Source of the DNA: Camelus ferus
Lineage: Eukaryota
Direction: 5' to 3'
Length of the DNA: 64,000 nucleotides
Assembly: GCF_009834535.1 (NCBI RefSeq)
Contig: NC_045697.1
Location: 54,314,001 to 54,378,000 of the forward strand
How positions within the stretch are numbered: the first letter of the stretch is position 1; each line of letters opens with the position of its first letter. Below, in pieces: positions 39,517 to 53,407 of this stretch. Under the pieces are notes generated by a model. That model was not told the DNA's origin. It was given only the letters and a program-made list of their open reading frames with translations, and made no database searches. A program made the translations under genes and the position numbers.

Positions 39517-39572
39517 ATGGCAAAGGGACAGCCTCTGCGGAGAGAGCAGGCATGGACCATGCTGCAGAACAG
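39517..39572 (+). CDS. TMPRSS11C: TMPRSS11C coding exon 1 (cytoplasmic N-terminus)
   Basis: Strong Kozak gagaacATGG; MAKGQPLRREQAWTMLQN(R), then AG|gtgggc donor, phase 2 matching exon 2. Resembles the recalled mouse Tmprss11c N-terminus MARGQPRRSEEQWTALQNR. Confidence 0.85.
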
Positions 39573-41040
39573 GTGGGCTCAAGGGGGCTGGGCAGCAGGA
39601 CGGCTTGCCATTGCTCCTCAGGGAAATTTTCTGAAGGGACCAAATTAGTGAAAGTTGCTTTATTTGTATTTTAAAGTCTCAAAATGACCCTTTGTGGAAA
39701 TAAAAGAAAATGAAGAATGATTAGGATGGATAAATTTTAGAGTCTGTTTTGCTTGGTAGTTTTTGTGAGAAATCTTTCCATCACAATTATAGCATTCATC
39801 AAAAGTATATGTATAATTGCTGAAATTACTGAAGTAAAATTGGGGGATTTACTTTTAAAAAGATAATTTCACTTTGAAAATTGAAAGAACACAGGATAGT
39901 TATATGTATCAATTTCAATAGTGTGTGTCAATATAGAGACATTAATACTTGCGTTCACAATATGCTTGCTATTTTACCTAAGTGGTAGACAGAATTTTAG
40001 GTCTTAATATCTAATTATTGAAACAGCACATTGCTTCACTGCCACACATTTTTAGTAGTATGATTTAACATTTCAGTTGGAAACAAAAACAAGAGAGGAT
40101 TTTATTTCTTTCCATTAGCAGTGCCATATACTTATAGATAGCAGTTGGCCCAAAAATTAAAGAAATGTTCTGACTGTTTCTGTGGGACACACAGATGGAT
40201 AAATAATTTTTTATTCTTAAGCTAATCAAATTAGCACACAGGAAAATGTTCACATGCACATTGCTGTCCTTCCTGTCACTTCAAAATGCATGCCTTGATA
40301 AACCTATTGAGCCTGACTCATATTTTAACAAAATCTTTATAGACAACTTTTCTGGTTTTGATATCTTGCCAACATTTAGATTCTAGGTGAACAGTACAAA
40401 ATTGAGCAGAATGTAACTTCTCGATGAACAACTTTGTCATTTTACACATTCACATTAATATTTAGATTAATTAGCTGTAAGAGAATCCCTGAAATCTTCT
40501 CTCTTAAACTGTGATGTTAATCCGTAAGATTTAATTAACAAAAACTAGTAAAAATGTTTGCTATTGGCTCTAATTAATGTGTTTTTTGTCCATGTTAACT
40601 TGCTCAGCTCCTTATGCTCCATAAACAGTATGTGAGAAATGTGTAGATAGACTGTGGTTTCATTCTTTCAAGGAAATAATAATTTTTTAAGTAAAACTCT
40701 CTGGCAAGCAATACTTTCTGAAATTGCTAAATGATCCTCAGTATCATTACCACCTTACCATTATTACACCTGAATGGCTTCAAGATACACTTGGTAGATA
40801 GAAAACACTGGAAAATTAAGGCATATTGCTAAAATCAAATGAAGTTTTTCTATTCCTCATGTCAACTCCCACCTAAGACCCCCAATTCTGTTGAATAAGG
40901 GGTCTATTTTTCAACCAACATCTCATATAATAACACTTAGAAAAAAATTGAATTTAAATGTCTCACATTGTATTTTTAGAAAATATTTTAAAGAATCTGG
41001 ATGCTGACAAAGTTTAATTTTCCTTTTGAATCTAGGAATT

Positions 41041-41062
41041 ACACACACACACACACACACAC
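41041..41062. repeat. (AC)11 microsatellite
   Basis: Read directly. Confidence 0.9.
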
Positions 41063-41849
41063 AGAAATTATACTCCAAGTTATTTGCCACATCAAATTTC
41101 GTTCTCCACTTTCCACGTTTTTTTTTTGAGACTTATTCCATGGCAAGCTGTGTTGAGTAAAATATGCAGACATACCTGTGGGTATGGAAGAGGATGCTTT
41201 AGGATAATACTCATTTACAGGAATTTGAGTTACCAGGGTTTTACCACATCATTTAGTCTTTTCTTTTTCCAAAACTTTTGTACACTATTCTAGACTCAGT
41301 AAGCGAGTTGGTCATATTGAAAAGTGTTTTCTTCTAAACTTTTACATAGTAAGATGTATTTTAGTGTTTTTTATTTTATTATCGACCAAAAGAGTTCATG
41401 AGCATCACAATTCCATGGAAATATTGAGAGATTAATTTTATGTGCAAGATGCACATATAATTTTGACAAAATAAATAGTCAAAGTTTTTTTTTAAGTAAA
41501 ATGAAATTTCTAAAAAGATTAAGATTTCAAATATTACCTGCATTGGGGATCTAGTAAATATGTCTTCAGGGACTATCATCTATTCAGGGAATGACTAAAA
41601 AAATAAATTTTCTGATAGGTATTTGATTTTGCAAATAAAATTAATGTGAATGTTTTAAACTAATCAACATTTAGTATAGTCATTTTGATGTATCTTGAAA
41701 TACATATTAGAAACATCTTTCACACACACAAACATACAAACATACCTACAATATTATATGCATGGATATATAGTATATAAAATATGATATGTGATATAAA
41801 TAAAATATATGAAAATATAAATGTGAAATATTTATATTATTCTAACCTA

Positions 41850-41880
41850 ATATATATGTGTGTATATATATATATGTATG

Positions 41881-41920
<40 letters not shown>

Positions 41921-41922
41921 TA
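41850..41922. repeat. Interrupted (TA)n microsatellite
   Basis: TA run with TG interruptions, read directly. Confidence 0.9.
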
Positions 41923-41947
41923 CACCAAACATAAAACATAAAAATAT

Positions 41948-42253
41948 ATTATGAACTGAATTGTGTCCCCTCAAACTTCATATATTGAAGTCCTAACAGC
42001 TGGTACCTCAAAATGTTATTGTATTTCAAGATAGGATCTCTAAAGAGGTAATTAGGTTATAAGATATGTCATTAGGGTAAACCCCAATCTAATATGACTG
42101 CTGTTTTATAAGAGGAAATTAAGACATAGATATGTGCAGAGAGAAGACCATTTGTTGCCATAAGGAGAAAAAGTCATCTATAAGCCAAGGACAGATGCCT
42201 CAGAAGAAACCAAACATACTGAAACATTGATCTCAGACTTCTAGCCTCCAGAA
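41948..42253 (+). mobile_element. MaLR MLT1-type LTR, 3'-truncated
   Basis: Characteristic 'ctgaattgtgtcccctcaaa..catatattgaagtcctaa', 'aatctaatatgactg' and 'cagacttctagcctccagaa' segments. Confidence 0.75.
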
Positions 42254-42309
42254 GCCTTCTGAAGGGTCTTTTGATTAAAGTATTAAAAAGGCAGACCTGA
42301 GCCCTAAAA

Positions 42310-45300
42310 TACTCATAGTTACTTTAGATGTAAATAGTCTAAATATACCATTAAAAGACAAATATTAATAGCATGGATTAAAAAATATATCCCAATCATA
42401 TGTTGTCTACAAGAAACTCACTTTAAATTAAACAATATAGGTAGATTTATAGTAAAAAGTTTACAAAACAGCCTATCATGTAACATTATTTAAAGCATTA
42501 CTCAAAGGAAAGCAGAAGGTGGCTATATTAACACTGGATACAGAAGTAGACTTCAGAGCAAAGAAAATTACCAGAGTGGGTAATTTACAATAATAAAAGA
42601 GTCAATCCACCATGACAACATACCAATCCTAAAACTATGTACCAAACAGAGCAGCAAAATATGTGAAGAAAAAAACAAAATAAATAAAAAATTCAAAATT
42701 ATAGGCTTCAACATTGCTCTCTCAATTGTTGAACATCTATACAGAAAAACAAGATATAGAATAACTCAACAGTGCTATCATCAACAGGCCCTTATCAGTG
42801 TTTACAGAAAATTCCAACAACAGCAAGACATGTTCTTTTTAAGGGCCCATGGACCATGTGGCAATATATATCATATTCAGCGCCATAAAACAAAATTGAA
42901 CAAATTTAAAAGAATTGAAAAATCATATATAGTATGTTTTCCAACCACAGTGGAACCAAACTAGAAGTCAGTTTTTAAAAAAGGAATATCTCAAAACACT
43001 TGGAAACTCACCAGCACATTTCTAAGAAATCCATAGATCAAAGAGAAATTCTCAGTGGAAGTTTAAAAAAAAAATACATAGAATGAAAATGTAAACGAAC
43101 ACATTGAATTTGTAAGAAATAGCTGTAACAGTGGTGAAATGGAAACTTATAGCATTAAACGCATGCATTAGAAAGGAGTAAGTCTCAAATCAATACGCTC
43201 CCACCGCAAGAACTTAGAGTAAAAGAGCAGCAGAATGATGGAAATAACAAAGATAAGCACAAAATTAATGAAATGAAAACAGAAAAATAAGAAAAAATAA
43301 AACAAAATAATAGTTCTTAGAAAATATCAATAAAATTGGCAAGCTCTGGAAAACTGATAAAAAAGAAAAAACAAAAACTACCAATCTCAGGAATTAAACA
43401 GGGGATATAGCTACATACATGTAAACATCAAAAGGATAAGGGAATACTACCAAAAACTGTACACAGATAAATTTGACAATTTAGACAAAATTGACCAATT
43501 TTTTGAAAATCACAAACTATCCCAACTCAAACAATATGAAATAGATCACTTGAACAGACTCATAACTATTAAGGAGATTGAAACTGGAATTTAAACATAC
43601 ACACATTAAAAAATCTAGTGTGGTTTATGCCAGGGGTGCAAGGCTGTTTCGATATTTTTTAAAAAGTAATATATCCACCATATTAACAAACTAAAGAAGA
43701 AAAGTCACATATCACTGTATGTCAAAAAGCATTTGACAAGATTCAACACTGTTTCATGACAAAAACTCTAGGAAAAATAGGAATAGAGAGAAACTTTCTC
43801 AACTTGAAAACAACATCTGTAAAAAACTTACAGATGGCATAATTAATGGTGAAAGACTAAATGCTTTCCCACTAATATCAGGCATAAGACAAAAATGTCC
43901 ACTCTCACGACCCTTATTTAATATACTGATAGAAGTTTTGGCCAGAGCAGTCAGATAAAAAAAGGAAATAAAAAGCATACAGATTAGATAGTGAGAAATA
44001 AAACTGACACTATTTGCCAATGACAGATTGTCTACATAGAAAATCCCAAGGAATCTTGAAGAAAAAATGAAAAACAGAACTTCCTAGAACTAAAAAGTGA
44101 GTCCAACAAGTCATAGGATGCAGGATAAACTGCAAAAATAGATTGTGTCTCTATATACTAGCAATGAATAATGGACTTTAGAATTAAAACATAATACCAT
44201 TTACAGTTACTAAAAAAAAGAGAAAGGACTTTAAATGTAAATCTAACAAAATATTTATAGGATTTGTATCCTGAAAACCACACAACACTGAAGGAAGAAA
44301 TCAAAGATCTAATCAAATGGAAAGACTATGTTCATGGATTAGAAGACTCAGCATAACAAAGATGTTAATTATCTCCAAGTTGATATACAGTTTTACTGCA
44401 GTGCCTATCAAAATCCAATCAAGGTTTTTGTTTAGATATACACAAGATTATTTAAAGTTTATGTAGGTAAGCAAAGAAACTAGAAAACTAAAAAAACATT
44501 TTCACAAAAAAGATGGAGTGGCAGGAATCGGTCTACCTGATTTTAAGACATTATATAGCCACAGTAATGGAGATTGGGTAGTATTGAAGAAAAAAAAGAC
44601 ACAGATCAGAACAGAAGAGAACTCAGAAATAGACCCATGTAAATATGCCCAACTGATTTTTGACAAGGGAACAAAAGCAAGTCAATGGTGGAAAGATACC
44701 CTTTTCAGCAAATAGTGTTGGAGCAATTAGCCGTCCAAAGGAACAGAAATTAACTTCAACCTAAGATTCTTACCTCATATCAAAGTTAATTGTCCGTGAA
44801 TTATGGCATAAAATACATACAGTTTTTAGAGCAAAAAAGTCAGAGAAAATTTGGCATCTAGGTCTAGGCAGAGTTCTTAGATTTGACACCAAAAATATGA
44901 TCCATAGGAGGAAAATTTGAGAAATTGGACTTCATCAAAATTTAAAAATTTTGCTCTGTGGAAAGCTATTAATAAGGTGAAAAGACAAGCTTAGAAACTG
45001 GGGGAAAATTATTTGTAAAACACAAATTCTACAAAGGACTAGTATATAGAATATATAAGTAATTCTCAAAACTCAATGGTTAAAAAAAGAACAATCCAAT
45101 TATTAAGTAGAAGATATAAACAGACATTTCAGAGAATAGAGGATAACAAGCACACATGTAAAAACGTTCATCATTAGTCAATGCAAATTAAAACCAAGAG
45201 AGATATCTCTGCATCCCTATCAGAATGGTTAAAATTAGTGATAAGAAATGCTGACAAGGATGCAGAGGAGCTGGATCACTTACGCATTGCTGGTAGAAAT

Positions 45301-45975
45301 ACAAAATGTTGCAGTGACTCTGGAAAACAGTTTGGCAGTTTCTTAAAAAGTTAAACATACAACTACCATATGACTTAGCAGTTGCACCTCTGGACATTTA
45401 TCCCAAACAAATGAAGACATATTCATGCAAAAACTCCTATGTATATAGCACCTTTATTCCTAACAGCCAAAACATGCAAACGATCCAGATGTCATTCAGT
45501 GAGTAAATGATTAAACAAACTGTAGTGCATCTATACTATGAATTACTTCTCAATTTAATTTTTTTTTAAAAAAAGGACTATTGATAACATATAACAATCT
45601 GAATGAATTGCCAGAGAATGTTGCTGAGTAAGAACAAAATACAAAAGGTTTCACATTTTATTATTCCATTTATATAACATTCTTGAAATAAAATTATACA
45701 AAAGAAGAACATATTAGTGGTTGCCAGGATTAAGGAGGGCAGTGGGACTGGAGGCAAATGGATGTGACTTAAAAAAGGGCAACACGAGGGACCTTTGTAT
45801 GAAAATCTTGCTATCTTAGTATCTTGGCTGTATCAATGTTAACATCCTGGTTATAATACTGTTTTGCAATTTTTACCATTGGGGAAAACTGGATGAAATG
45901 TATGAGGGATCTCTCTGTATTATTTCGTACAACTGCATGAGAGTCTAATTATCATGAAATAAAATGTTTAAAATA
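42310..45975 (+). mobile_element. Old degenerate LINE-1 (L1MC/L1MD-like): ORF2 remnant plus 3'UTR in TMPRSS11C intron 1
   Basis: Endonuclease remnant (ICCLQETH at about 42397), RT remnants ([13 protein letters not shown]), GIGLPDFK and QLIFDKGTK in ORF 44518; many stops and an internal deletion near 43615. Boundaries approximate. Confidence 0.85.
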
Positions 45976-46084
45976 TTAGAAAAATACACACACTTCTCTT
46001 AGGTAGAACATCCTATAGGACAACAGACCCAGTACCTTCAATAAGTCAGTATACAAAAAATCTTAGAAAGGAAGCAGAGTATGC

Positions 46085-46520
46085 AAGTTATTCTAGATTA
46101 AAAGAGACATAAGAGAAATTAGAACCAAATGTAATGTGAAGCTTTTGATTTGATTTCTGTTCAACAACAACAACAGCAAATTGTAAAAGGCATTTTGAGG
46201 ACATTCTGAGAAAAAGAAATATTTGAATATGAACTTGGTATTAGAGTATATTAAGGAATTATTGCTAATTTCATTAGAGATGATAATGGTCATTTTTTAA
46301 ATGCCCTTATTTTTTGGATGGAAAAAATCTAGAATGATTTTTCCTTTGTGAATGTCACGATATAATTATTTTTCTATGACTATTTTAAAATGCTTCAGAA
46401 AAATAGATGAACTCTTGCAAGATGTCCACAGTTTTTAAATCTATGTGATGGATAAATTGAGCTTTATTAAACTATTCTCTCTACTTTTAAATATATTTTA
46501 AATCATCCATATTAAAATAA
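46085..46520 (+). mobile_element. L1MC-type 3'UTR fragment
   Basis: 'agattaaaagagac..aaccaaatgtaatgtg' and 'ctattctctctactttt' motifs; boundaries approximate. Confidence 0.55.
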
Positions 46521-46524
46521 AACC

Positions 46525-48034
46525 TCTCTTGATCCCATTTCCTTCACCACGTATATAGTCCCACTTCTTTACTCACCTTTTCAGCAAAATCTTTGAAAGA
46601 GTGATCAGTGGTCACTGTCTCTAACTCCTCTACTCCATTCTCTTTCAAACCATCTCTAACCATTCTCATGCCCCTTCCACTCCTAAAACTTCTTGCACAA
46701 AGTCACCAGTTACCTCTATAATGCTAATCCAATGGTCAATTTTCAGTACTCACTTGTTCTTCTTATTTATGAGCCATCAGCAACATCTGACACAGTTGAT
46801 CCCTTATCTAATCCTTCATGCACTTCTGTTGGCTCCCAGGACATCACTTTCTCTTGATTTTCCTGCTACTCACTGTTGCGTCCTCTCAGTCTCCTTTCCT
46901 TAGTCTTCCTCTTCTCCTTGACCTCTTAATATGGGAGTGTTTCAGCAATCATCTCTTGGTCTCCTCTAGCTACACTTACTTCCTTGATAATCTCATCTAG
47001 TCCCAGAGCCTAATCTATATGTTGAGGAATGCCAAATGTATATCACCAGCCCAGACCTCTATCCCAAACCCCAGACTTGTATATCCAACCTGCATCTCCA
47101 CTTGGATGACTAATGAACATCTAAAGCATAAAACTGAACACATAATCATTCCCTCAAAACCTGCCGTATCAACAGCCTTCCCATCTTTGATGATAACTTC
47201 CTCCTTCACATCCTCAGGCTGAAGAACTGGAAATCATCCTTGACACCTTTTTTCCACTCGCATTCCACCAATTAATCAGAAACTCCTATCAACTCTATAT
47301 TCAAAATATATTCAAACTTCAACCCCTTCTCATTTCCTCCCCCTCCACAACTCTGGGCCAAGCCAACTTCATCTTGTGCTTCAATTATTATAATCATTTT
47401 TACTCTTGTTTCTCTTGTTACCACCCTTATTCTCTATAATTAACTTTCCACAAACCAGTCAGAGGGATCCCATTAAGAAATTAGGCCAAATTATCACATT
47501 CTTCTGCCTAAAACCCTCCAAAGCTCACATTTAACTCAGAGGAAAAGAAAAGCCAAAATTATTACAATAACCTACAAGTCCCTAGATGGTCTGGGCCCTG
47601 TTACCACTAAGAATTACTCCCTTACTACTTTTCCCCTCATTCACTGCTCTAGCCACACTGTCCTCCCAACATGCCCCTTCCTTCAGGGCCTTTATAGAGT
47701 TGTTCCCTCTGCCTGGAACATTCCAGTTATCTGTACAGCTAACACCATCATCTGTTTCCAGTCTGTTCGGATTTTTCCTTCTCAGTAGGCCTAATCTGAC
47801 CACTCTGTTTAATTTTGTATCTCACAGACCCACATTCCTGATCTTCTTCACCTATTTCTACTTTTCCTACAGCACTTAATATCTTTTTACCAGTTATGTA
47901 TTTTATGTATTAATTATACTTTGTTTGCTGTCTGTCTCTCCCTCAATAAAATGTAATCTCCATAAAGAAAGAGATCTTTGTTCCTACAACTGTGTCTAGT
48001 AGGTCATCTATAAATATTTGCTGAATGGGTGAAT
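46525..48034 (+). mobile_element. LINE-2 (L2a-like) 3' portion
   Basis: Pyrimidine-rich L2 motifs (cagcaacatctgacacagttga; atccaacctgcatctccacttggatg; ctctgcctggaac) ending in taaatatttgctgaatgggtgaat. Confidence 0.8.
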
Positions 48035-48250
48035 ATTTAGTATTATATTATTTATATGTGCTGAAAAATAAGCAGGACAAATATTAATTCACTAGTTTTA
48101 CATATTGATTTCCAGGCTCAGCAATCCACTGAATCCATAATTAATGTAAAACAATACATTTTTAGACTTAATATCAAGTCCCTATTTACTTCTAAGAGTA
48201 TCCTGTATTTTGCTCATATTAACACTTGCTTCCCTGTCCTTTCTGCCCAG

Positions 48251-48369
48251 AAGACCGGAATCAAACACAAAAATGAAACTCACAAGGTGTGGAAAGATTA
48301 CCTTGGGTATATTAATGATGGTTATTGCCGCAGTAATCATCGGACTGATTGTTTATTTTGTCACTTACG
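48251..48369 (+). CDS. TMPRSS11C: TMPRSS11C coding exon 2 (signal-anchor TM helix)
   Basis: Pyrimidine tract and cag| acceptor (tandem CAGAAG), |gtgagt donor; phase 2/1; RPESNTKMKLTRCGKITLGILMMVIAAVIIGLIVYFVTY(G). Recalled mouse sequence: KIKLTRCGKITLGILTAVLAAVLIGLIAYF. Confidence 0.9.
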
Positions 48370-51300
48370 GTGAGTACTCAGTATGTCTGACTCTTTAATC
48401 CCACAGAATTATTGGTTCTATCATTGGAAAAATTAGTAATTTTGAAAATGAGAGAAAGAAAGGAATCAGACAATATTATTAGACAGAGAGAATTTCTTAT
48501 GTTTAAGACATTTAAAGAGACTGTTATTTAGAGACCTTTGGTTCAGGGCATACTAAACCCAAAGATTTGGTGTATTCTTCTTTTTTTTTTTTTGTTAACT
48601 CCTGGTAAAGATTTAGGTTCTGGGAATACATTACTAAATCAAGTAGTCACAGTCCCTACCTTTGCTGAACTTACAACTTTCTGAAGAGATAATCAGTGAG
48701 TTATCAAAAAGCCTTGAATATGAGATTCTAAACTAAGACTTCTTATTCCAAAGCTTGTAACTTTTTCTCTATACAAAATTCTCTTCTCATAAAATTCTTT
48801 CTACACAGAAGAGTATTCCCTATTACTGAGGGATGAAATTTAAAAGATCTGTACAAATTTTTCTATATATTTTGTATACAATAAAAAAAATTACTGTATC
48901 CTCAAGACTGATTTTTCTTAAAAATAGCTCTTTGTACCAAGTTCTCTGTCCTATTTTTATTTCTTTCTTTAATCCACCCTTTCCTATCCTTTTTAAGGAT
49001 GAGGGCCTTTTTATAGGGAAAAAATTTTTTTCCTATATTCACACAAGAAGATACTTTGTTGATTACAAAATAATGACAAATAAGGAATATAAATTTAGTA
49101 ATTCTTTTAAGTTAACCTATAATTAATTACAGCTACATATGTTTGAAAATCAGTGATACATATATGTACAAAAATCCTTTATTAAGTCTAAGTTCAATTC
49201 CTGGTATAAATATAATTTTCCCTAGAATCATCTTCTGCCACCCTACTTTTATCCTGTATAATTCATGGCCTACAGAATGGGAACTACTGCTTTTTAAACC
49301 ATGGCAGTATTTTCTGGAAAAATACATCTAGAAAGGAGGCTTTCTGGCTAAATAAACATCCATTTCAGTTTATAAAAGGAAAAGGATTTACAAAGAGAGA
49401 AATAGAATTGTACACAGTGGAGTAAAGAGGCCATCTCCCCTTGGGAGTAAGACTAAGTGTCTTACTACTATCTGTTTCATCTTCCATAGACAGAGGCTGT
49501 TTGTGTGAACACTGTCTTTAGGTAGATTATAATGCCAGCTGTTCCCTGGCCAAACCAAGAGTCATAGTTGTAGCATATGCCTGTAAACCTCAGAGTAAGA
49601 GGTGCTCACTCAAGACACAGAATTTGCTGCCTTTCATCAAAGGTGTAAAAGTGCCAGAAACTGGAGTTAAGAAAAGGATATTTGAAGCAGTTATCTTTGG
49701 AGATAGGTGTGCTGTGATTTCTCATACAACACAGCCACCCTGATATGTGAAGAATGGATGATGTTTTCTCCTTTACTTCAAACTGAGAGATGGCCCTTGG
49801 AAGAGAGACCATTATGACCCTAAGAAGACTTGCAGATCCTAAAAAACAGTGCACTGGAATCTGACTCACACATGGAATATTCAAAGGGCAAAAAGCTTGT
49901 TGCTTGTTTAGCAAAGTGAAGAGGAGGTGGTACCCTTGGGCAGTTTGAACAACCGAAGTCTCCGAGACAAAAAATGCATAAAATGTTTGCTATGAAACAC
50001 ATATAGACAACCCAGAAAAAAACCCCATCACCTTAGGTCCTTCATAAGAGGCCACCTTGAAGGGTGATCAGATCTTAAGTTAAGGAGTGGGAAATATCTC
50101 CAGCTGCCTAAATGCTAAGGAATGAGTAAACTCAATCCAGAACTGTTACAACTAAGGGAACTATAGTTGATAAATCTCCAGCAATGAGTGGAAAAGGAAC
50201 GTCAAAGTTCAGGGGGAAAAAAAAAAACTAGAAATGAGTAAGTTTTAAATAGGTACTAAATTACTAGAGCACAAAAGCTAGATGCCCAGTTCTCAACCGT
50301 TGAAGTAACCACCTAGAGGGGTCCAAATCCAGTTAATTAAGTAGAAAAGGAGGACTAGCAGGACTAAGTGAGTAAAGAGCTTGAAAAGGGAAATATCTCA
50401 ACTTTAAATCAAGTTCCAATTTTGATTATTAGAGTAGACCTGGATATTTTAATTTCTGAATGGAGATCATGTTTTGTGATATATATGTGTGACCATAAGA
50501 CTTTTTAATACTAAAGAATTAAAATAAAATTGTTTTATGGTTACATCCTATGCAGTATATGTGTTTAAAATACCAGTTTATACATATTAGTATGTAATAC
50601 AAATATATACCTTATATATTATATGTATATTATTGCATATATTTATATATATATATAATATACATAATCACCACCTGCAGTTTATTCTAAAGCAATTAGA
50701 TACAGATATTTTCAGTGGGCCTAGAACAAATTACTTATGTGAGAAATGAATATGAGTTCTAATATATTTAAGACTCACTCTTAGAGTTAGTCATGGTAAT
50801 ATCTATTACTGAGAAATTATAAGCTTTAATGGCTTATAAAAATTTCTAAAAAGGGAAAAATCCAAAATTAAATACTTCTGCGTCAGAAAAATAAGTAATT
50901 TTTGTTAATAAGTAAGTTTTCTCAAGTCATAGTAAACCTGTAGAAACAGGAATAGAATCTCCTGGACTGGGTAAAGTACTTCAGTGGGGTTTCCAAAGTC
51001 CTAGATTTTTCCTTGTCTTTTTAAAAGTTATTGGTTTTCACCTTAAGGCCACCTACCTGCTGCCACAATATCTTGTAACAACTAAAAAATTAACTCAGAA
51101 AGATCTTTTTAAGTATCTATATGTTTGTCACTAAATAAACAATGAGCAAATTTAATTCTTTTATCCAGATGCTTTGGCATCATTTAGAGGCAGCCCCATG
51201 ATGCTCTTCTTTTGAATGAGGCCTCCAGCACTATTTTGAAATTTTCTAGTTCACTATCCTGGACACCAAACGTGGAAGCAACTAGCCATCTCCTCACAAT

Positions 51301-51466
51301 AACTATTTCATTTGGGCCAGTAACTAGTTAAAAAAGGGCAGTTAGACAAACCAAAGCAAAGCACAAGTATTCACTCCGTAACACCTACCTTTTTCTACTT
51401 TACATAACCCTATGTGATGAAAATGTTGTGTTGTCTATTTGGTTAACTTTTTAAAAGATGATAAAC

Positions 51467-51500
51467 AGATAGGTAGATAGACAGATAGATAGATAGATAT
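51467..51500. repeat. Imperfect (GATA)n tetranucleotide repeat
   Basis: agataggtagatagacagatagatagatagatat read directly. Confidence 0.85.
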
Positions 51501-51691
51501 ATAGCCTTATTCTTTCTCCCATCCTCTCCAAAACTGGACACAGATTCAACTTAACAAGCCATTTACTGGGTGAATACTATGTACATAATGGCAGGTAGTG
51601 GCTGGACGTTATAATGGGAGTATAGCAGTAACGGTGGAGAGTTTCTGGAGCTTCTCTCTAGTCCTCATCCTAAAGTGCTCAGCGTCTAGAG

Positions 51692-52005
51692 CAGGGTCAG
51701 CACACTTTTCCTGTAAAGGCCAGACAGTATGTATTTTCCTCTCTCTGGGCCACCATAGTCTGTATTAGAACGACTTGAGACTACTGTTGTAATGCTAAAG
51801 TAGCCAATATGTAAACAAGTGAATGTAGCTCTTTTCCAATAAAACTTTATTTATGGTCACTGAAATTTGAATTTCAATAATTTTCACATGTCACAAAATA
51901 TTCTTTTGACTGTTTTCAACTTTTAAGAAATGTAGAAAACCTTATTAGCTCACAGGCCATACAAAACTAGGCAGCGGGCTAGATTTCATAGTTTGCTGAT
52001 CCCTG
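51692..52005. mobile_element. hAT-Charlie MITE (MER58-like)
   Basis: TIRs CAGGGTCAGCA...TGCTGATCCCTG with 8-bp TSD GTCTAGAG (51684-51691) / ATCTAGAG (52006-52013). Confidence 0.85.
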
Positions 52006-52164
52006 ATCTAGAGTAATACATTTTAACCCTGACTGCATCATAGCACAGTAGGATTGAAGGAGCCTGGGTCCCTGACACCTTAAAGTGACATACTGAACCT
52101 GGGTTACTGACCTCTGAACTTATTTGTCTCTGAGTCTCGTATGTGTACCTGTCTCCCTTTAGAT

Positions 52165-52325
52165 CACTGGTTCTCAACCTTGGCTGCACATCAGTACCAC
52201 CTGTGTGAGTTTCTATAGTTACAATTTCCATTCCAGACAGCGTCTTTGAGTGGAGCTTGTGTACGAGTATTTTTGAAACAGCTTTCCAGGTGATTCTAAG
52301 TTGCAGCCATGGTGGGAATTGCTCA
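52165..52325. mobile_element. MER5A-like hAT MITE
   Basis: 'ggttctcaaccttggctgcacatcag' and 'ccaggtgattctaagttgcagcca' ends; boundaries approximate. Confidence 0.65.
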
Positions 52326-53110
52326 AGACACATCAGAAGTCTCAATGGAGAAAACAAAGAGAAGGCTCTGGAATATAGGGGAGAAGTGTTCTAAAGAGCT
52401 AAACTTGACTGTCACAGGAATTAAAAAAAGGAGTTGAAAACAAACTTAGTAGGCAGAAACACCAGAGGTACAGAAGTAAAATTTTATGTCTTCTAAAACC
52501 ATGGCATTTCAAGAGGTAAGGAGGACATAGTCGCTAACCAAGGGCACAACATTTACCTTAGAATCTGCCATTTCTTCCTCTTCCTCTTTCTCCTCTAGGT
52601 TCGTTCCTGAGGTAAGATTATGTGGGGAAATAACACCTGCATCTTAAGAATTTCCCTTAAAGGCACTGGCACAGACGCTTTACCTGCTTCACTATGGCCA
52701 CAGACAGAAGGGCCTTGAAATTCAGGAAACTCCACTCTTCCCTGTCTCAGAAGAGATTCAGAAACAATGAGTTCCTGTATAGAGAACAAGCTTTGAGTTT
52801 CTCCTTCCCTGTCTTTCAGGGACCCTCCCTTCCCACAGATGCCCCAATATTCTGCTACACAATAGCTAATGTAGGCTGCACTGACCTGCCTCTATCAGAC
52901 CCACATCCAGCAGACCCTGTTATCTTCCCTTGAAACAAAGCCTGGACTCAACTCTCATAAATATGCTTGAGAGCCCTCATACCTAACTCTGACCTCACCT
53001 TGGAATCACTTGGAGCACTTAAAACGACATCGATGTTTCCCCTGAGACTGATTGACAGAATCTATAGGAAAAGGCATAAATAATGATAGTTCTTAAAAAT
53101 CCACATGGGA

Positions 53111-53270
53111 TTTTTTTTAAATGAAGTATAGTTGATTTACAACATTGTGTTAATTTCTGGTGTACAGCATAGTGATTCATTTGTACAAATATATTTATAT
53201 ATCCTTCATATTCTTTTTCATTATAGGTTATTACAAGCTGTTGACTATAGTTCCCTGTGCTATACAGTGG
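53111..53270 (-). mobile_element. Antisense L1 3'-end fragment
   Basis: polyT followed by 'tgaagtatagttgatttacaacattgtgttaatttctggtgtacagcatagtgattc'. Confidence 0.75.
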
Positions 53271-53407
53271 TCCAAGAAGTTAATAAAAATACTGTCTTAA
53301 TGCCCTAGATTTTCAACCCTGATTTACTAATAGAAAAATTAAAATCTGTACAGTATTTATGAATAAAAATATATAATAATAAAAACATTATATGTTCCTT
53401 TGGAATT

